Assembly: GCA_036630325.1 (NCBI GenBank)
Contig: CP142733.1
Location: 186,001-250,000 of the forward strand
Length of the DNA: 64,000 bases
Direction: 5' to 3'
Source: Vairimorpha necatrix
Taxonomy: Eukaryota
Shown: in pieces, positions 39,190 through 52,390 of the stretch
Layout of the letters: the number at the start of each line of letters is the position of its first letter
Numbering within the stretch: position 1 is the stretch's first letter
The notes under the pieces: model-generated
What the model saw: only the letters and a program-made list of their open reading frames with translations
Told to the model about the DNA's origin: nothing
Databases searched by the model: none
Translations under genes and position numbers: made by a program

Positions 39190-39411
39190 AAAAGACATTC
39201 AGAAATTCCTGTATAGATCATTTCTATACTTCTATAATAAACACTCATTAGACAAATTTTTACAGCATACAAATGATTTTGGGAATATCCCTAATGATTT
39301 TAAACGCTAGAGAACTAAAAATGAACTGTAGATTTTATAAGAAATGTCCCATATACAGAAAGTTAAAAATTACAATCACTTTATCCAAAGAAAATTCCGC
39401 TTAGAAAAAAC

Positions 39412-40500
39412 GGTACATGACCGTTTGGAGCCCGCTTTGAAAAATTCAAGAAAAGGGAAAAATTTAAAAAATTATAGAAAAAGAGACTTGACGATTTATT
39501 TTGAATCCAGAAAGAAGTTGATTAATCCTTTGATTTTTTGATATTTGATAAGACCATAGAAACTGTAAAAAATACTCATAGTGCTCGTTCTGGTTACTTC
39601 CATGTATAGACAGAATATCTCCCTTCGAAAGAGACCAAAATCCTTCAATTCGTTGAGTATGTGTCTCGGGATCGTTAGGATTTACGAAATCGATAGAGTG
39701 ATTTACAGTCCTGTGCTCCATCCCTGTGATTTGTCTAAATACAGCACCATATGCTCTCCATCGATCAGTGATCACAATAGAACCAGGCAATACATTATCT
39801 TGTATTACCTTGAGAAGAGTAGCAGTATTTCTACTAGCTACAGGGACGAGAAAGGCCTTTTTAGAACCTATTTAAACTCCTCCTACATACCACCGACCTG
39901 TGGTATGATTACCACGATTATATTTAGCACGGAAGAATAGACTCTCGTCGATCTCCACTACTTTGGGGATGCCGAACTCATCACGACCTCCTAACCTCTG
40001 ACTATTATTGGTCACTTCCTCGATTATGCGATCTCTGCAGAGCAAACCATATGTAATTACGGGTTTTCTGTCTAGATCGAGATCATTTTCTATATAGAGG
40101 AAGGAAACTCTTTTGATGTACTTATATATCATTCTTATAATTTTATAAAAACTTAATTTGGTATTTTCAAAAATAGAGTCCTTTCACACAGATTTAGAAG
40201 CCGTACAAGGTTTTGTACAATTTTAAACATATTTGTCTAATAGTCTTTTTCTTCTAATCAATTTCATTGGCCTTTCAGAGTTGCATACAGTACAAAAAAA
40301 GTTGTTTTTTATTAATGAACTGCGTGCCAGAAAGATACACGCTGTATCAGCATCATAAAATTTTCAATTATTGCCATGTTCAAAAACATGTCATCACAAA
40401 AGAGCTCATCTCCTTCAACAAAATTAGTTTTTGTCAATCTTTCCATTTTTTGAAAGGGGTCCTTTAAATTTTCAAAGCGGGTTCCAAACGGTCATGTACC
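39412..40500 (-). mobile_element. Merlin-A DNA transposon, unit 4
   Basis: Both TIRs and TSD GAAAAAAC present. ORF 39464-39790 has PGSIVITDRWRAY...EHRTVNHS...THTQRIEGFWS. Confidence 0.93.
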
Positions 40501-41196
40501 GAAAAAACACTTTTTATTTCATAAAATTTATATATTATGGTCAATTATGAGTAAAAAAAACTTTTAAAGATAAAAAATAAAAAAATATGTTTTAGAAAAA
40601 TGTGATGTAAATTTATTGAGAAATCAATTTAGAGTAGTTTTTTGTTGCTATCAAATAAAATTTTAATGCTAGCAAAGGAATTCGGGCATATTGAAAATCA
40701 AGTTGGTTGCAAGTTTAAAAAACAATACACACACGAACATGACATTTGTCAATCCAATAAGACATAAACAACGAAACATAATCTATAATTATAATAAGCT
40801 GCCATATAATTTTCTTTACTTGTAGACAAGAACTTAAGTTCAGTTTAAATGTTTTCACAAACATACATTCAGCAATAGATTCTGGCAATAGATTAAATGC
40901 AAATTGCAATGCTACCGAGATCCCTCAAATGAATATTGAAAGTCTCAATATTTAAGTTACGGTTTTTTTTAGAATACATTAAAACTGGATTTATTTTATA
41001 TATTTTTATCGAAACAAATGGTTTTTTACTAATATTTACATATATATCCAGATATGTAAAAAAAATAATTCCCGTCTATCTCGTATTATGATCAAGAATA
41101 AATATTAAAAACATTCTTTGGCAAGATTTTATAAAACATTTTGCTGGAATAAATCGGATAATACGGTATAAAGTACTTATACTCTTTGGAGATATT

Positions 41197-42258
41197 GGTA
41201 CTTCTTTGGTATTTGATCGGGATTTAAAAAAATCCGCTCCTTAAAATGAAAAAAATTGGATATTAAAATTTCTGATCGAATACCGAAGAAAAGCACGAAA
41301 GTAAAAATTAAGCCAAAACAGAGGCTTTTTACAGTATTTACGTTTGTTTAAACTTTCTAATCGGTTAGACGTGTTGATTGAACAAAAAATATCTTTCAAA
41401 TGCCGTGAAGTTATTTATATTCAATGAGATGGGGATTAAAAGAGTAGTATATAGGTGTACAAACTATATGTGCAGTGCAAAACTATCAGTAAATAAAGGA
41501 AGAAGTTGGCTTTGAACAACTACCGCAAATTAAAATTTCTAATTCTATGTAGAAACAGTTATTTTACAATAGAAGCAAAATTGAAAGTTTCATCATCGAA
41601 AGTTGCTAATTCAAAAAACGACTTAAAAAATAGTAAAAATAGAATGTCTAAAAAATTAAATATTGGGGAACCACGTAAAATTGTTAAAATATGAGTCTGT
41701 TATTTACAGAAGATGTAAAATAAGATACCCAACAAATTCCGACGATTCAATTCCTGAACGGTTTGGAAATTAGGCATAGTAGAAGTTAATACCCCATCAA
41801 GTTTTTTATTACAATAGTGGAGAATAGTGACTTTAGTGCCTAAAAGCAAATTTGAAATATAAAATAGATAAAATTTTAATTTTACATTTTGATGGTCATG
41901 CGAGTTATCCAAGTGTGGCACTAAATCTTTGTCTCGAGCATAAATTCTAAACACTCTATTGGGTTCAAATCTTTAGATAAAACTTATATCAACAATATCG
42001 AGGACATTTGCTTGCAGGTAAAATCTGAAATGACCAAAAACCATGGAGTTAAGTTTTAGGAAAGAAATACTTGGGTGATATATTTATGTTATGCCAAAGT
42101 TTTTGTATGGGAACCGATTTAAATGAGTTTTATGTTTGTTATCTTGATTTATTATCTAATTTATTCAAATATATTATATTCCAAGTTTTTTTACATTTTT
42201 TCATTTGTTTTTATTACAGGGGGACTCTTGGAGTCTGATTGAATACCGAAGAAGCACC
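41197..42258 (+). mobile_element. Merlin-C relic, unit 4
   Basis: Homologous to 3672-4735. ORF 41506-41694 ends IGEPRKIVKI. Confidence 0.72.
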
Positions 42259-44096
42259 AAGATATTTGTCGTACACTTTCTTTTTTTTAAGGATTAATTA
42301 ATTTTAATGATTTTAAAAAAATTTAAGGCAGACTAACGAACAAAATTAGAACTAAAAAAGTCTATGTTTTTAAGTTAAAATCTCTTTGTAAGTGTGTTTT
42401 CTTAAATTTCATATCGTAAATTTAGCCTTTTAGTTGTTTCCTTGCTGATCAGACAATAATAGTTCGAAAATGACGGACACGGCCGTCGCATACAATAAAA
42501 ATAAGATAAACTTTTATTCACTAAACCCTTTTCTTTCTAATAAAATTATCGCATTCTGATATATCCACGATCTTACTTCTTTTGGACGTTAAAACACAAT
42601 AGCATCACAAAAAAATCGACAATATTGTATCTAACAATCATGGATTTATGAATTGAATCATCTTTTTTTTTATGGTTTATGTGTTATCAATAAAGCTATT
42701 TGTTACTTGAAGTTCTTTAACCAAATAGGATTTATTTTTTTATTTATAATGAAAATTATTATATCTCAAAAACGAACTCCATTCCAATACTCTTAATTTT
42801 TTATGAATATGCTTGATACAAGATAAGCTTTCATTGGGATGTAATTCAATTATTTATTCTGTATTTCTCTTTATATAAAATTAATACTTTTTCTTTCAAG
42901 GCCGAAAAAATATCCATGATACACAATAAACCAAAATTTTCGTATATGTATTTAGTACAAAAATAAAAGTTTTATAATAAATCCAAATTTTTTTACCTAC
43001 TAATTTTTCTCTACTTTATGTTCATACCATATAGACATAATTGTATTACGTAAATTATTTCACGTCATATATTTTTTTGTATTACGTTTTTTTTAGCATT
43101 TCCGTCTTTTTATACAAAAATTATCTCGTGCTTTCTCTTTTTTGTTTCTTATTGTATACACAAAACAAAATTTTACAGCTAGAACTAAATCTAAGCCTAT
43201 TAAATTGGAACATAATATGCTTAATATTAAATCTTTTATGTTAAAAATTTCAGAATATGTTTTTTGCCAAAAAAAATTTATAATTTACAGTTTATTTCTC
43301 TCATAACCCCGTAGAATATTTGATTGATTCATAAAATCGGTGTTGTGCTTAAAACACATTTTTTCTATAAAAAGTGAGATTTGAATATAATTATTTCTTT
43401 TATAACTGGAAGCACAAAAGCTATGCATATAATTTAACTAATTCTGTCAAATATTACAAGTAAAAAAATTATTAATACACTTCAAACATTTGCATGTGAA
43501 ATGAAATAAAAGACATTGTTTTTGGTATTTAAAATAATAATTCATTAATTGGTTTTTAATGAAATTTTTCTAATATGACATCCTTTATAAATAAAAAAAT
43601 TTCAATATAAAATTATTTTTATCTGTGTTTGTCAATTTAAAGATAAAAAGTATTCATTATGGTATAAAAGAGTTTTTTAAATATTTAGAATCAAATATAA
43701 CTTTATTTTTAATTTAGATACTAGAGTGTAAGAAAACTTTTATACAAGTACTTTTATTTATATGTGTATTCTTTATTTTTTGTTTTCGTCAATAAATAAC
43801 AGTGTATTTCGAGCTTTCATAATATTCTTTTATAAACCCTTCTATTAACTTGTTTGTTTAATTTATAGTCCAATTCAATATGGAGAAAAAGATAGGCGGA
43901 TTTGACATCGAAAAAATCAATTCAATTTGCATTAATTACGTAGAGAAATAAAAATTGAATAATATCTATAACGCGGCATAATAATAAGGTCTTATTTTAT
44001 TTAAGTTCGATTGAGGGAAACGAAATTCGGGTTTTTTTACTTTTTGTGAAGAGCAGCTTATAAAACAACAGAGAATGATTTACATGATGCAAGAGA

Positions 44097-44960
44097 AGAT
44101 ATTGAGAAGGAGAAGACGTAAATCAACGATAAGGTTTGAGGGGAACCAGATCGAAGAATTATAGAGTTTGTAGTGGCGAATATAATGGGAATAAGGCAAG
44201 AAAAGGTATTGAGAATGAGAAGACTTAATTCGCGATAAGGTTTGAGGGGGACCAGATCGAAGAAATTAAGACTTGTTAGTAGCAAGCTTATTAGAGACGA
44301 CGAGAAAGAGAAGGTACTGAGAAAGAGAAGACATAAATCGACGATAGGGTTTGAGGGGAACCAAATCGAAGAAATATGACTTGTTAGTGGCGAGTTATAT
44401 GAACATTAAGAGAAAGAGAAGGTATTGAGAAGGAGAAGACTTAAATCGATAATAACGTTTGATGGGGAGCCATGTCGAAGAATTATAAACTTGTTAGTAG
44501 CGAGTATAGTGGACTTAAGGTAAGAGAAGATATTTGAATGAGAAGACTTAAATCGACGATAAGGTTTGAGGGGGACCAGATCGAAGAAATTAAGACTTGT
44601 TAGTAGCAAGCTTATTAGAGACGACGAGAAAGAGAAGGTACTGAGAAAGAGAAGACATAAATCGACGATAGGGTTTGAGGGGAACCAAATCGAAGAAATA
44701 TGACTTGTTAGTGGCGAGTTATATGAACATTAAGAGAAAGAGAAGGTATTGAGAAGGAGAAGACTTAAATCGATAATAACGTTTGAGGGGGAGCCATGTC
44801 GAAGAATTATAAACTTGTTAGTAGCGAGTATAGTGGACTTAAGGTAAGAGAAGATATTTGAATGAGAAGACTTAAATCGACGATAAGGTTTGAGGGGAAC
44901 CAGATCGAAGAAATATGACTTGTTAGTAGCGAGCTTATTAGAGACGACGAGAAAGAGAAA
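44097..44960. repeat. ~108-bp tandem repeat block, about 8 copies with a 324-bp higher-order duplication (unit 4)
   Basis: ORFs ending at 44406 and 44730 repeat at exactly 324 bp (3 x 108). Confidence 0.92.
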
Positions 44961-47900
44961 TTGTTCTTGCTTAAGATCGAAGTTTCTACTCAAGAGAAGA
45001 ATGCTGTTTAGTCTAAGAATGAAAACTCATTTATAGTATCCTTATCGAAACCAAAACAAGAGAAATTTTTTGCATACAGAAAAGAAAGAATGAGGTTATT
45101 TGTTCGAACTTTAAGAAAAAAATTAAAGACATGGCAGCTTCTTAAATAAATGCCTATCTGCGATGTAGCGATTTGATCTGAAGAGAGAATGCATATAATG
45201 TGCAGAGAAGGCCTTGTAAGAAGTAAGTTCGAGTGCAGTTAACTTTCAAGCTGACGATGCTTAGAAGAAAATCCTGTGTGACTTGGCGCGATACGACTTA
45301 AATTTTTGAATTCACTATAAAGTAAAAATTTCTGAAGAGTTAACGATCTATATAATTGTTTTGACACTCTAAATGAGCTTTGATATCTAAAAATATAAAT
45401 TGACTAGAAACTTAAAGAAAAATACCAAGTATACCTAAAAAAATGTCTTTTTAACTTGTAGGTTATTGAACGAAACAATGCTTTCATTTGTTCGGAGGAT
45501 CGTGTAAACATGAAATACGTTTTTTTCATCTTGCTTTGTATTGAAAATCTTTCATCTGAGAAGGTAAACATAAGTGATAAAGTTCTTGTACAATAAATCC
45601 GACAATCACAAACTTCACTTTTAATTGAATAGTAGTACGAAAGGAACATCATATTGTTGATTTGTATAATTTTTATTGTGTGTTTTAAAATAAATTTTTT
45701 TATATCTAACCATATTAAAATAATAACCCAGACCCAACCCATATTTATGCATTATTTTTTTTCTATTTATAGTTTTAAAATTCATGGAACGTTCTAAAAC
45801 CAACAAAATTCTTTTTGACGTAAAAATAAACATAAACAATTCTTGCTAATATATGTTAATGCATATTTTTAATATATATATAAAGTAAAATGTCTGTACA
45901 CATTTTACAAGACAACAACACAAATAAACAATGCATTGTTTACAGAAAGAAATTATATAAACAAAAAAATTTATTGCTCAGTAATAAACAATTTAAGTTA
46001 TTAATATAATTTAATTACATTTAGTATTTTGTAGTTTTTATTTTCAAAATAAAATATCTGTATCATCCTAATACCAATTTTAATATCTAAAATGTATTTT
46101 AAGTAAAAATCATAAATAAAACAAAATTTATCTTTATTTAGAACATTTAAAAAAAAATTGATTTTATTAATAAAGTTTAATTGTTTTTATACTAAATAGA
46201 AATAGATAATGTTAATAATGTGTTCTTATTTTTTAAATTGGAAGGGCTTTATTTTTAATCATAAAATGTCTGTAAAATACTATACATTAATTCCATATCT
46301 TTATAAAGAAATGTCTAGACTGAAACATTACAATAAAATTTATAGGTTTTTCTCATACATGCCGAAAAAAGAGAATTTGATCTAGTAAAAAAAACCATTC
46401 TTTAAGGGTTAACTATGCAAAATCGCCGGAAGTTGGACACAAAGTAGATGATAAACAAGTATTTTAATTTTTATAAAATTACCAGAGAGCAATGTTGGCC
46501 AATTCTATATTTACTTATGAATATACTAAGTCAAAATACGCCATATGCAAATTAAACCTATTGTTTTAGTTTCAATATTATATAGAGCATTTTTTAAATT
46601 TAAAAGTTAAATTCTCTTTTCAAAAAAAAAGAACAATAAAATATTAGCTTGCCACGAGAGGTACAAAAAAAAATAATTTAATAAGTTTTCTCAATTAAAT
46701 TAATCAACACATCTTAAGACATGTCTAATAATATCGTATTTTGGTGTTACTTGGGACTAGTAATTAGTTAATAAATAGAAAAATGTTATCTAGTCTAATA
46801 TGCTGAGGTATAATAGTTCTTATATAAAAGACATCATATTAGAGACGCAACAACACAGGATTCCTATTAATAGTCTAAAAATCTTTCTGTTTTTCAAGAA
46901 AATAGCTTATAAGTATAGGTCTAATAAGTTTAAAAATTCTCTAAAGAAGAACATTTTCAATAATATAATATCTGAAATCAAATTAAAAACTGATTGCTAA
47001 CATTTACTTATCGACATTTTTTATATTTTGACATTAGACGTAAAATTAAAGTTTCTTAATCAATATTGAATAAACTTATTTAGTCAAATACAAAAGCAAA
47101 CATTGACCAAAAACAATTAAATCGATAAATATCATCTACAAGAACTATTTATGACTAGATTAAGACAACAAAGTCATTATCAGAATTGAACTCAAGCAAA
47201 AGTCATATATGAATTCATAATCTTTATAATCATATGTAATATATGAAGAAAACAAAGTATCCATAAAATACGTTATTAAAATGATATTTGGCATTGTCTG
47301 TTAATTACTTAACATATACTCGAAGATTGGGTACTATTTTTTTGTAAGCTTTTTTTTAATTCAAAGTAAATCATTTAAAAAAAAATTCCTAATTTGCGTA
47401 TGTATATGAATATACATTAATGAGGTGGTTTTCTCCATGTTTATGCCACACTTTTTTTTTAATATTAATATAAATTTAGTTGTTTTTATAAATTCTCATA
47501 AAAATAATTAATATTAAGGTAACTGACATATTGTATTAACAGAATGAATCGTCGTTATTTATCTTAAATCTCGACTATTCTTTTGAATGTATTGTATATC
47601 TCTTTCCTTCAAAAAAAATCTCATTCACAGCTTTAATATTCGAACATTGTAAACCAACACAAACTGTCTGGTTATTAATAATTTTTTCAAATTGGATCCG
47701 ATCGATTAATTATTTACAGATCTATAACTGGTGTTATTCTATTTGATCAATTATACTGAAGTTGTGTTTCAGTGAAATGCCCACATCGAAATTTGAAAAT
47801 ATGTAAAATGTTAGATTGTGGTAAAGAAGCTACATCTCATAGCTAGGTCTGTAGAAGTGATTTCTTGCTATAAGTTTCAAACGTTATATATTGATAATGT

Positions 47901-49970
47901 CAATTTATATTGGATTGTCGTAATGACCACAATTGTCATGCTCTTAGCAAATCGATGGTAATTACAGTACGATTGTGTCGTGTACACTTGCAATTGAAAC
48001 ATTCGTTATAGAGGTTTAATTGAGAGATGTGTAAATTATAATAGGTTTTTTGTAAAAAGAACTGTATTGATAACGATAACTTGTGCATTATGCAAAATTT
48101 CTTTCCTTTGTTCTACTAGTATCCTAAAAATTAATTAGACAGATGTTGAGATTATTTAATTAACTAAAAGAAGTTATAAAAGTAGATTTTAGTTAAAAGG
48201 GGTTTTATGTCGTATTAAAATATAAACTAAGCAAAAAGGGAGGTTGTTCGAGATATTACAAAAAATTTTTGTTAAACTATTTGACCAAAAAACACAGATT
48301 ATAATTGCACTATACTTTAATTATCTTTTTTGTATTTTTTTAGAACAATATGATCAAATTTAATATTTCTCTAGGGTGGGCATTTATATTATTACTGCCT
48401 ACCCTTAAAATATGATTATTTGTTGTTAAATAAAAATAAGTGTTGAATGTTATTTATAATACATATAACTTAAAAAGTAAACAAATCACAAAAATTGGAT
48501 AAAAAAATAGATAGGATAATTTTCGTACGCGTAATGAAATCCAAAATGTAATATAACTGACATTTTTTTGTTTACTGTACACGAGAATCAAAAGGTATAT
48601 TGATATCTTCTTATATTAAACGTATATCGAACAAATAGTCTCGAAGAAAATATCCGAGAAGATTTCTTAAGAATACCGGAACTTTTAAGAGTATGAGAAA
48701 TAGAACCAAAGAAAAGATATAAGGTATAGTAAAAGAGTTTTAAGATCTGCTATTAAAACTTAACAGTATCATAATACATTAATAGCCTACACAAAATAAA
48801 TCTTGTTAGTAAGATTATATTATTTAGTTAAAAGATTTTTACTGATCGAATTTAAAAATAAAATTTTCTGTTTTTAAAAAACAAACAAAGAAAACCTATT
48901 GTAAGTATAAAAAAATATATTGTAAAAAGTTTCAAGCACTAATAAAAAATCCAAAAAAACTAAAAGCATAATTGTAATGTTGGGAATACATATTTTCATG
49001 TTTCGTCCGGTGATATAACGCTAAGAAAAAACTAGATAGAATATAAAAATTTCCCCATTTTACATCTAAAATATAATATGCAAGAAATTTATAGCTATTA
49101 AGATCTAATATAACTATTTTAATTTGCAATATGCCCATGAGAAAGCAACACAATATTTTTGTATTGAATTTTAGGTCTCAACATGCTGTAGGTAAATAAA
49201 TTAACAAATTCCATTAATTTCTTCACATAAACTCAGACAGAAATTTTTAACTCTAGACATTTGAAAAGTCACTATATTACACTCAAATATTATTTTTTAG
49301 TTTTTTGATTGATCATTAATGTCAATGTTCTTATCAAATATTTATAAGAGGGATTGTCATTAAAAAACGATAACTAATATGCAATTATCATTCATAGAAT
49401 TATATTTGCATAAAAAATAATATAAATGTTCCTATGACTTTAGAAGTTAAAGTTTTAATAAACTTTACACAGTTTAAAAAATTATCGAAACACATGAATT
49501 AAAAAGTGACCTGTTAGATAAAATGATTATATTTCATAAGTTTACAACAGAAATTCGCAAAAAAAATAAATCCAATAAATAAGAAAAAATAACTACATCA
49601 TTTATTGTACTCTAGACAAACGTGGGGATATTCGATATTTTTATTCATAAAGCTAAAACAATATGAAAACAAGACTAGAAACATAACGCTGAGCATAATC
49701 ATTCCAAAAAGAAAAAAGAATGTTAATAAAAATACATGTGTTTTTAAATATGTACATAATTAAATAAGACTACAACATGAAAATTTTGTAGACAAAAAAA
49801 TATATTTTAAAATGTGTATATTGTAAATAATCATCGATTTATCGCTTTTTTTATCATTTAATTTTTACCTCCCAAAACACGCTTTTAGAGATTAAATTAA
49901 AAAAGTTTGTTGGTAAGAAAACAAAATAAAAACAAAAAATATATAAATTGAGAGCATCAACAATACCCCA

Positions 49971-50588
49971 ATGTTGCAAAGAAGTTATGTATTTTCTGAT
50001 ATTCTAGACTTCTGGAAAAACAAAGAAGCACATACATGCAGCAAAACAAATACTAGTATCGGCGATTACTCAGATAACGTGAGGGCGTCATCTGATATTA
50101 AGAGTATAGATTACCAAAAAGAAAATATCATCATCAACAATTATTCATGTGACGTGAGGGCGTTGCCTGGTAACTATGTTGAGAATGATATGGAAGCATT
50201 TAAAGAATATGCTGTGATAGAGAAAGAAGGAGGGAAAGATTTGAGGGGGAACTTAGAAGATGGGGCAAAAGGGGAAATAATTTTAACGGAGATAGAATTA
50301 TTTGAGGAAAAAGCCATAGGCACAGGAAAATGTAGTGAGGAAGAGAGTAAAACTACAACAAGTTTTAACATACAAGAAATATCTGAAGAGGAATGGGAAA
50401 AAATAGGGGTTAAAATATGTAAACTCTATGCATTCCATCGTCTAGAAATAAGCTTTGAAAGGACGAGGGAAGCAGAAGAAAAATATAGACGGTCGTGGAG
50501 GGGGATGTTTTACAATTTTTATGGAAAGCATTTCTGTTGCTCTTCAGAGGACTATGAGGATTCTGAAGAAGAATATGAATATCAATAA
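49971..50588 (+). CDS. Diverged paralogue of the acidic orphan protein (205 aa)
   Basis: Shares MLQxSYVFSDxLxFWxNKEA, YSDxVRASSD and REAEExYxxSWRG...HFCC. ATG after CCCCA. Upstream ~250 bp and the 3' flank are also alignable. Confidence 0.88.
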   Translation: MLQRSYVFSDILDFWKNKEAHTCSKTNTSIGDYSDNVRASSDIKSIDYQKENIIINNYSCDVRALPGNYVENDMEAFKEYAVIEKEGGKDLRGNLEDGAKGEIILTEIELFEEKAIGTGKCSEEESKTTTSFNIQEISEEEWEKIGVKICKLYAFHRLEISFERTREAEEKYRRSWRGMFYNFYGKHFCCSSEDYEDSEEEYEYQ

Positions 50589-51190
50589 AGAAAAATAGTA
50601 TAATTTTAACTTAAGATATTTTTTTTATTAACCCTATCATTGTTTTTTTATTAGGAGTCAAAAAGCAGAGATTTTTTTTTTGTAAGTGTTATATTAACAT
50701 GTTTTCTAACGCAACTAAGCCTTTTTATGTTGTTTGTTGTTTACTTCAAATAAAACTATATTTGTGATCGAAGTACTTTTCACTTATAGTAAATAATTAT
50801 ATTAGAAATGAGAAATAACGAACCAAAATAGTAAAAGTCATTATTGAAAATCAACAAATACACAATAAATTTCATTGAATATGTAAACATTTTGGAAAAC
50901 AAACGCATTACGTCGACCATCTAATGTTTTGGTACGTTGAAGAACAAAACAACAATTAGTCTAATTTTTAGAGAATTCTCTATATACTTATTGTCGTTAT
51001 AAAATAGTTTATTAGTTTTTTTTTATCTCTTCCTTACATCTTGCTTAGGGGAAAATATAAAAGTTAAAATATTGAGAAATGTAAAACTTATTAAACATGT
51101 AGCAGCCCATGGGCTCCTACGACTTCTCCTTCCCAAAAGAAAAGTCTTGCTTAATATGAGCCTTATTAACTCTGATTTAACTTTTGTTAT

Positions 51191-51885
51191 TGTTGATATT
51201 TTTATATTTTTATTACCCCAATTTTTAAGATGAGTAAGGAAGTGGAGGAGAAGAATCTCATAAATAAAATGGTGGAGAATATGGGGATCGAACCCATGGC
51301 CTCTTACTTGCCAAGCAAATAAAATAGAATTACATTATACCACACCTTTCCATCACCAGTCAAATGGGCGTGTAGAAAGGTTTAATCGTACTTTACAAGA
51401 TTTAATTTATAAAAATAAAAAGGAAAAATTACTTACTGAAAAGGTTAACAGAGGAATAGAGATATACAATAATAGCTATCATTCGGCTACGAGGATGACG
51501 CCAAATGAAGCTTTCTCGTTAGAAAATACGGATGAATTAAAAAATGCACAAATTAAGAATATTGTTGCATATAATACAGCCCAAATGAGGAAACCAAAAG
51601 AAATTAAATTAAATATGGGCGATATAGTAATTATCAAAGAAGAAGGAATAATAAAGAAGGGACAACCTAGATTTAAATTAAGGGGTAAAATTCATGAATG
51701 TTTAGAGGGTAATACGTACATGATAGACACCGGTAAAAGAAAGTTTAAAAGGCATATATCTCAACTCAAACTTGTCATTGATGACCCCATCCTTTAAGCG
51801 GAGGGATGTTGATATTTTTATATTTTTATTACCCCAATTTTTAAGATGAGTAAGGAAGTGGAGGAGAAGAATCTCATAAATAAAA
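51191..51885 (+). mobile_element. TRIM-like internally deleted LTR element (695 bp)
   Basis: Identical 79-bp LTRs (51191-51269 and 51807-51885), TSD GTTAT, PPT AAGCGGAGGGA. Interior is a tRNA-complementary tract plus an integrase C-terminus (TPFHHQSNGRVERFNRTL). Confidence 0.92.
51270..51318 (-). other. 3' two-thirds of a tRNA-Ala (positions ~28-76, including CCA) forming an extended PBS
   Basis: Minus strand reads TTGC-TTGGCAA-GTAAG-AGGCC-ATGGG-TTCGATC-CCCAT-ATTCTCC-ACCA: anticodon arm, T arm, U70, A73 and CCA. Confidence 0.9.
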
Positions 51886-52390
51886 GTTATTTTAAATTAT
51901 AGACCCATCCGGCAGTATTCTGTCGTTATTTCATAATCTGGAAACCAATCAGCTTTCATACTATTTTTTTTGCTTTCTCTGCATATAAGAACTTTATCAC
52001 AATTACGAAATTTTACGGGGCCGTTATCGTACCCTTTTCTATGCTTTTTCATATTTGGCAAAATTTTCATTTCTCTTCTTGGTCAGAGACATTTTTAGAA
52101 TTAATAGGCTTTCTATCAACTTTCTTGTCAATCTCAAATTCGGGTGATCTTGCGTAATTAAAAATGAATGGGAAGTTTTTATGGCTCTATTAATAAAACA
52201 TTCACGACGTGTGTTGCATTTTCTAATGCACTTCTCCATGAGGACTCTCCGTAATTGGTAAGTTTTTTTAAATTTATACAAAGTGTTTGGTTCACTCACT
52301 CAACACATCCCACTGTATTATATTGTTCTGGCGAGGAGTATTTCCATTCAAACCCATATTTTGCTTTTAGATCCGTTATTCGTTTGTTTC

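Larger units (their letters stand above)
1..45950. repeat. Tandem segmental array of four units (1-11165, 12136-20481, 21454-35259, 36232-45950) separated by Merlin-B elements
   Basis: The same gene, Merlin-C relic, 108-bp repeat block and intergenic sequence recur in the same order. Gene starts are at 570, 13730, 23043 and 37830. Unit length differences are explained by the insertions listed below. Confidence 0.95.

Noticed and set aside
48372-48406. Hairpin AGGGTGGGCA...TGCCTACCCT
   Set aside because: An isolated short inverted repeat with no TSD, second copy or associated ORF in the window.
51270-51318. Functional tRNA-Ala gene
   Set aside because: The 5' acceptor strand and D arm are absent, CCA is encoded, and the tract sits at the PBS position of an LTR element.
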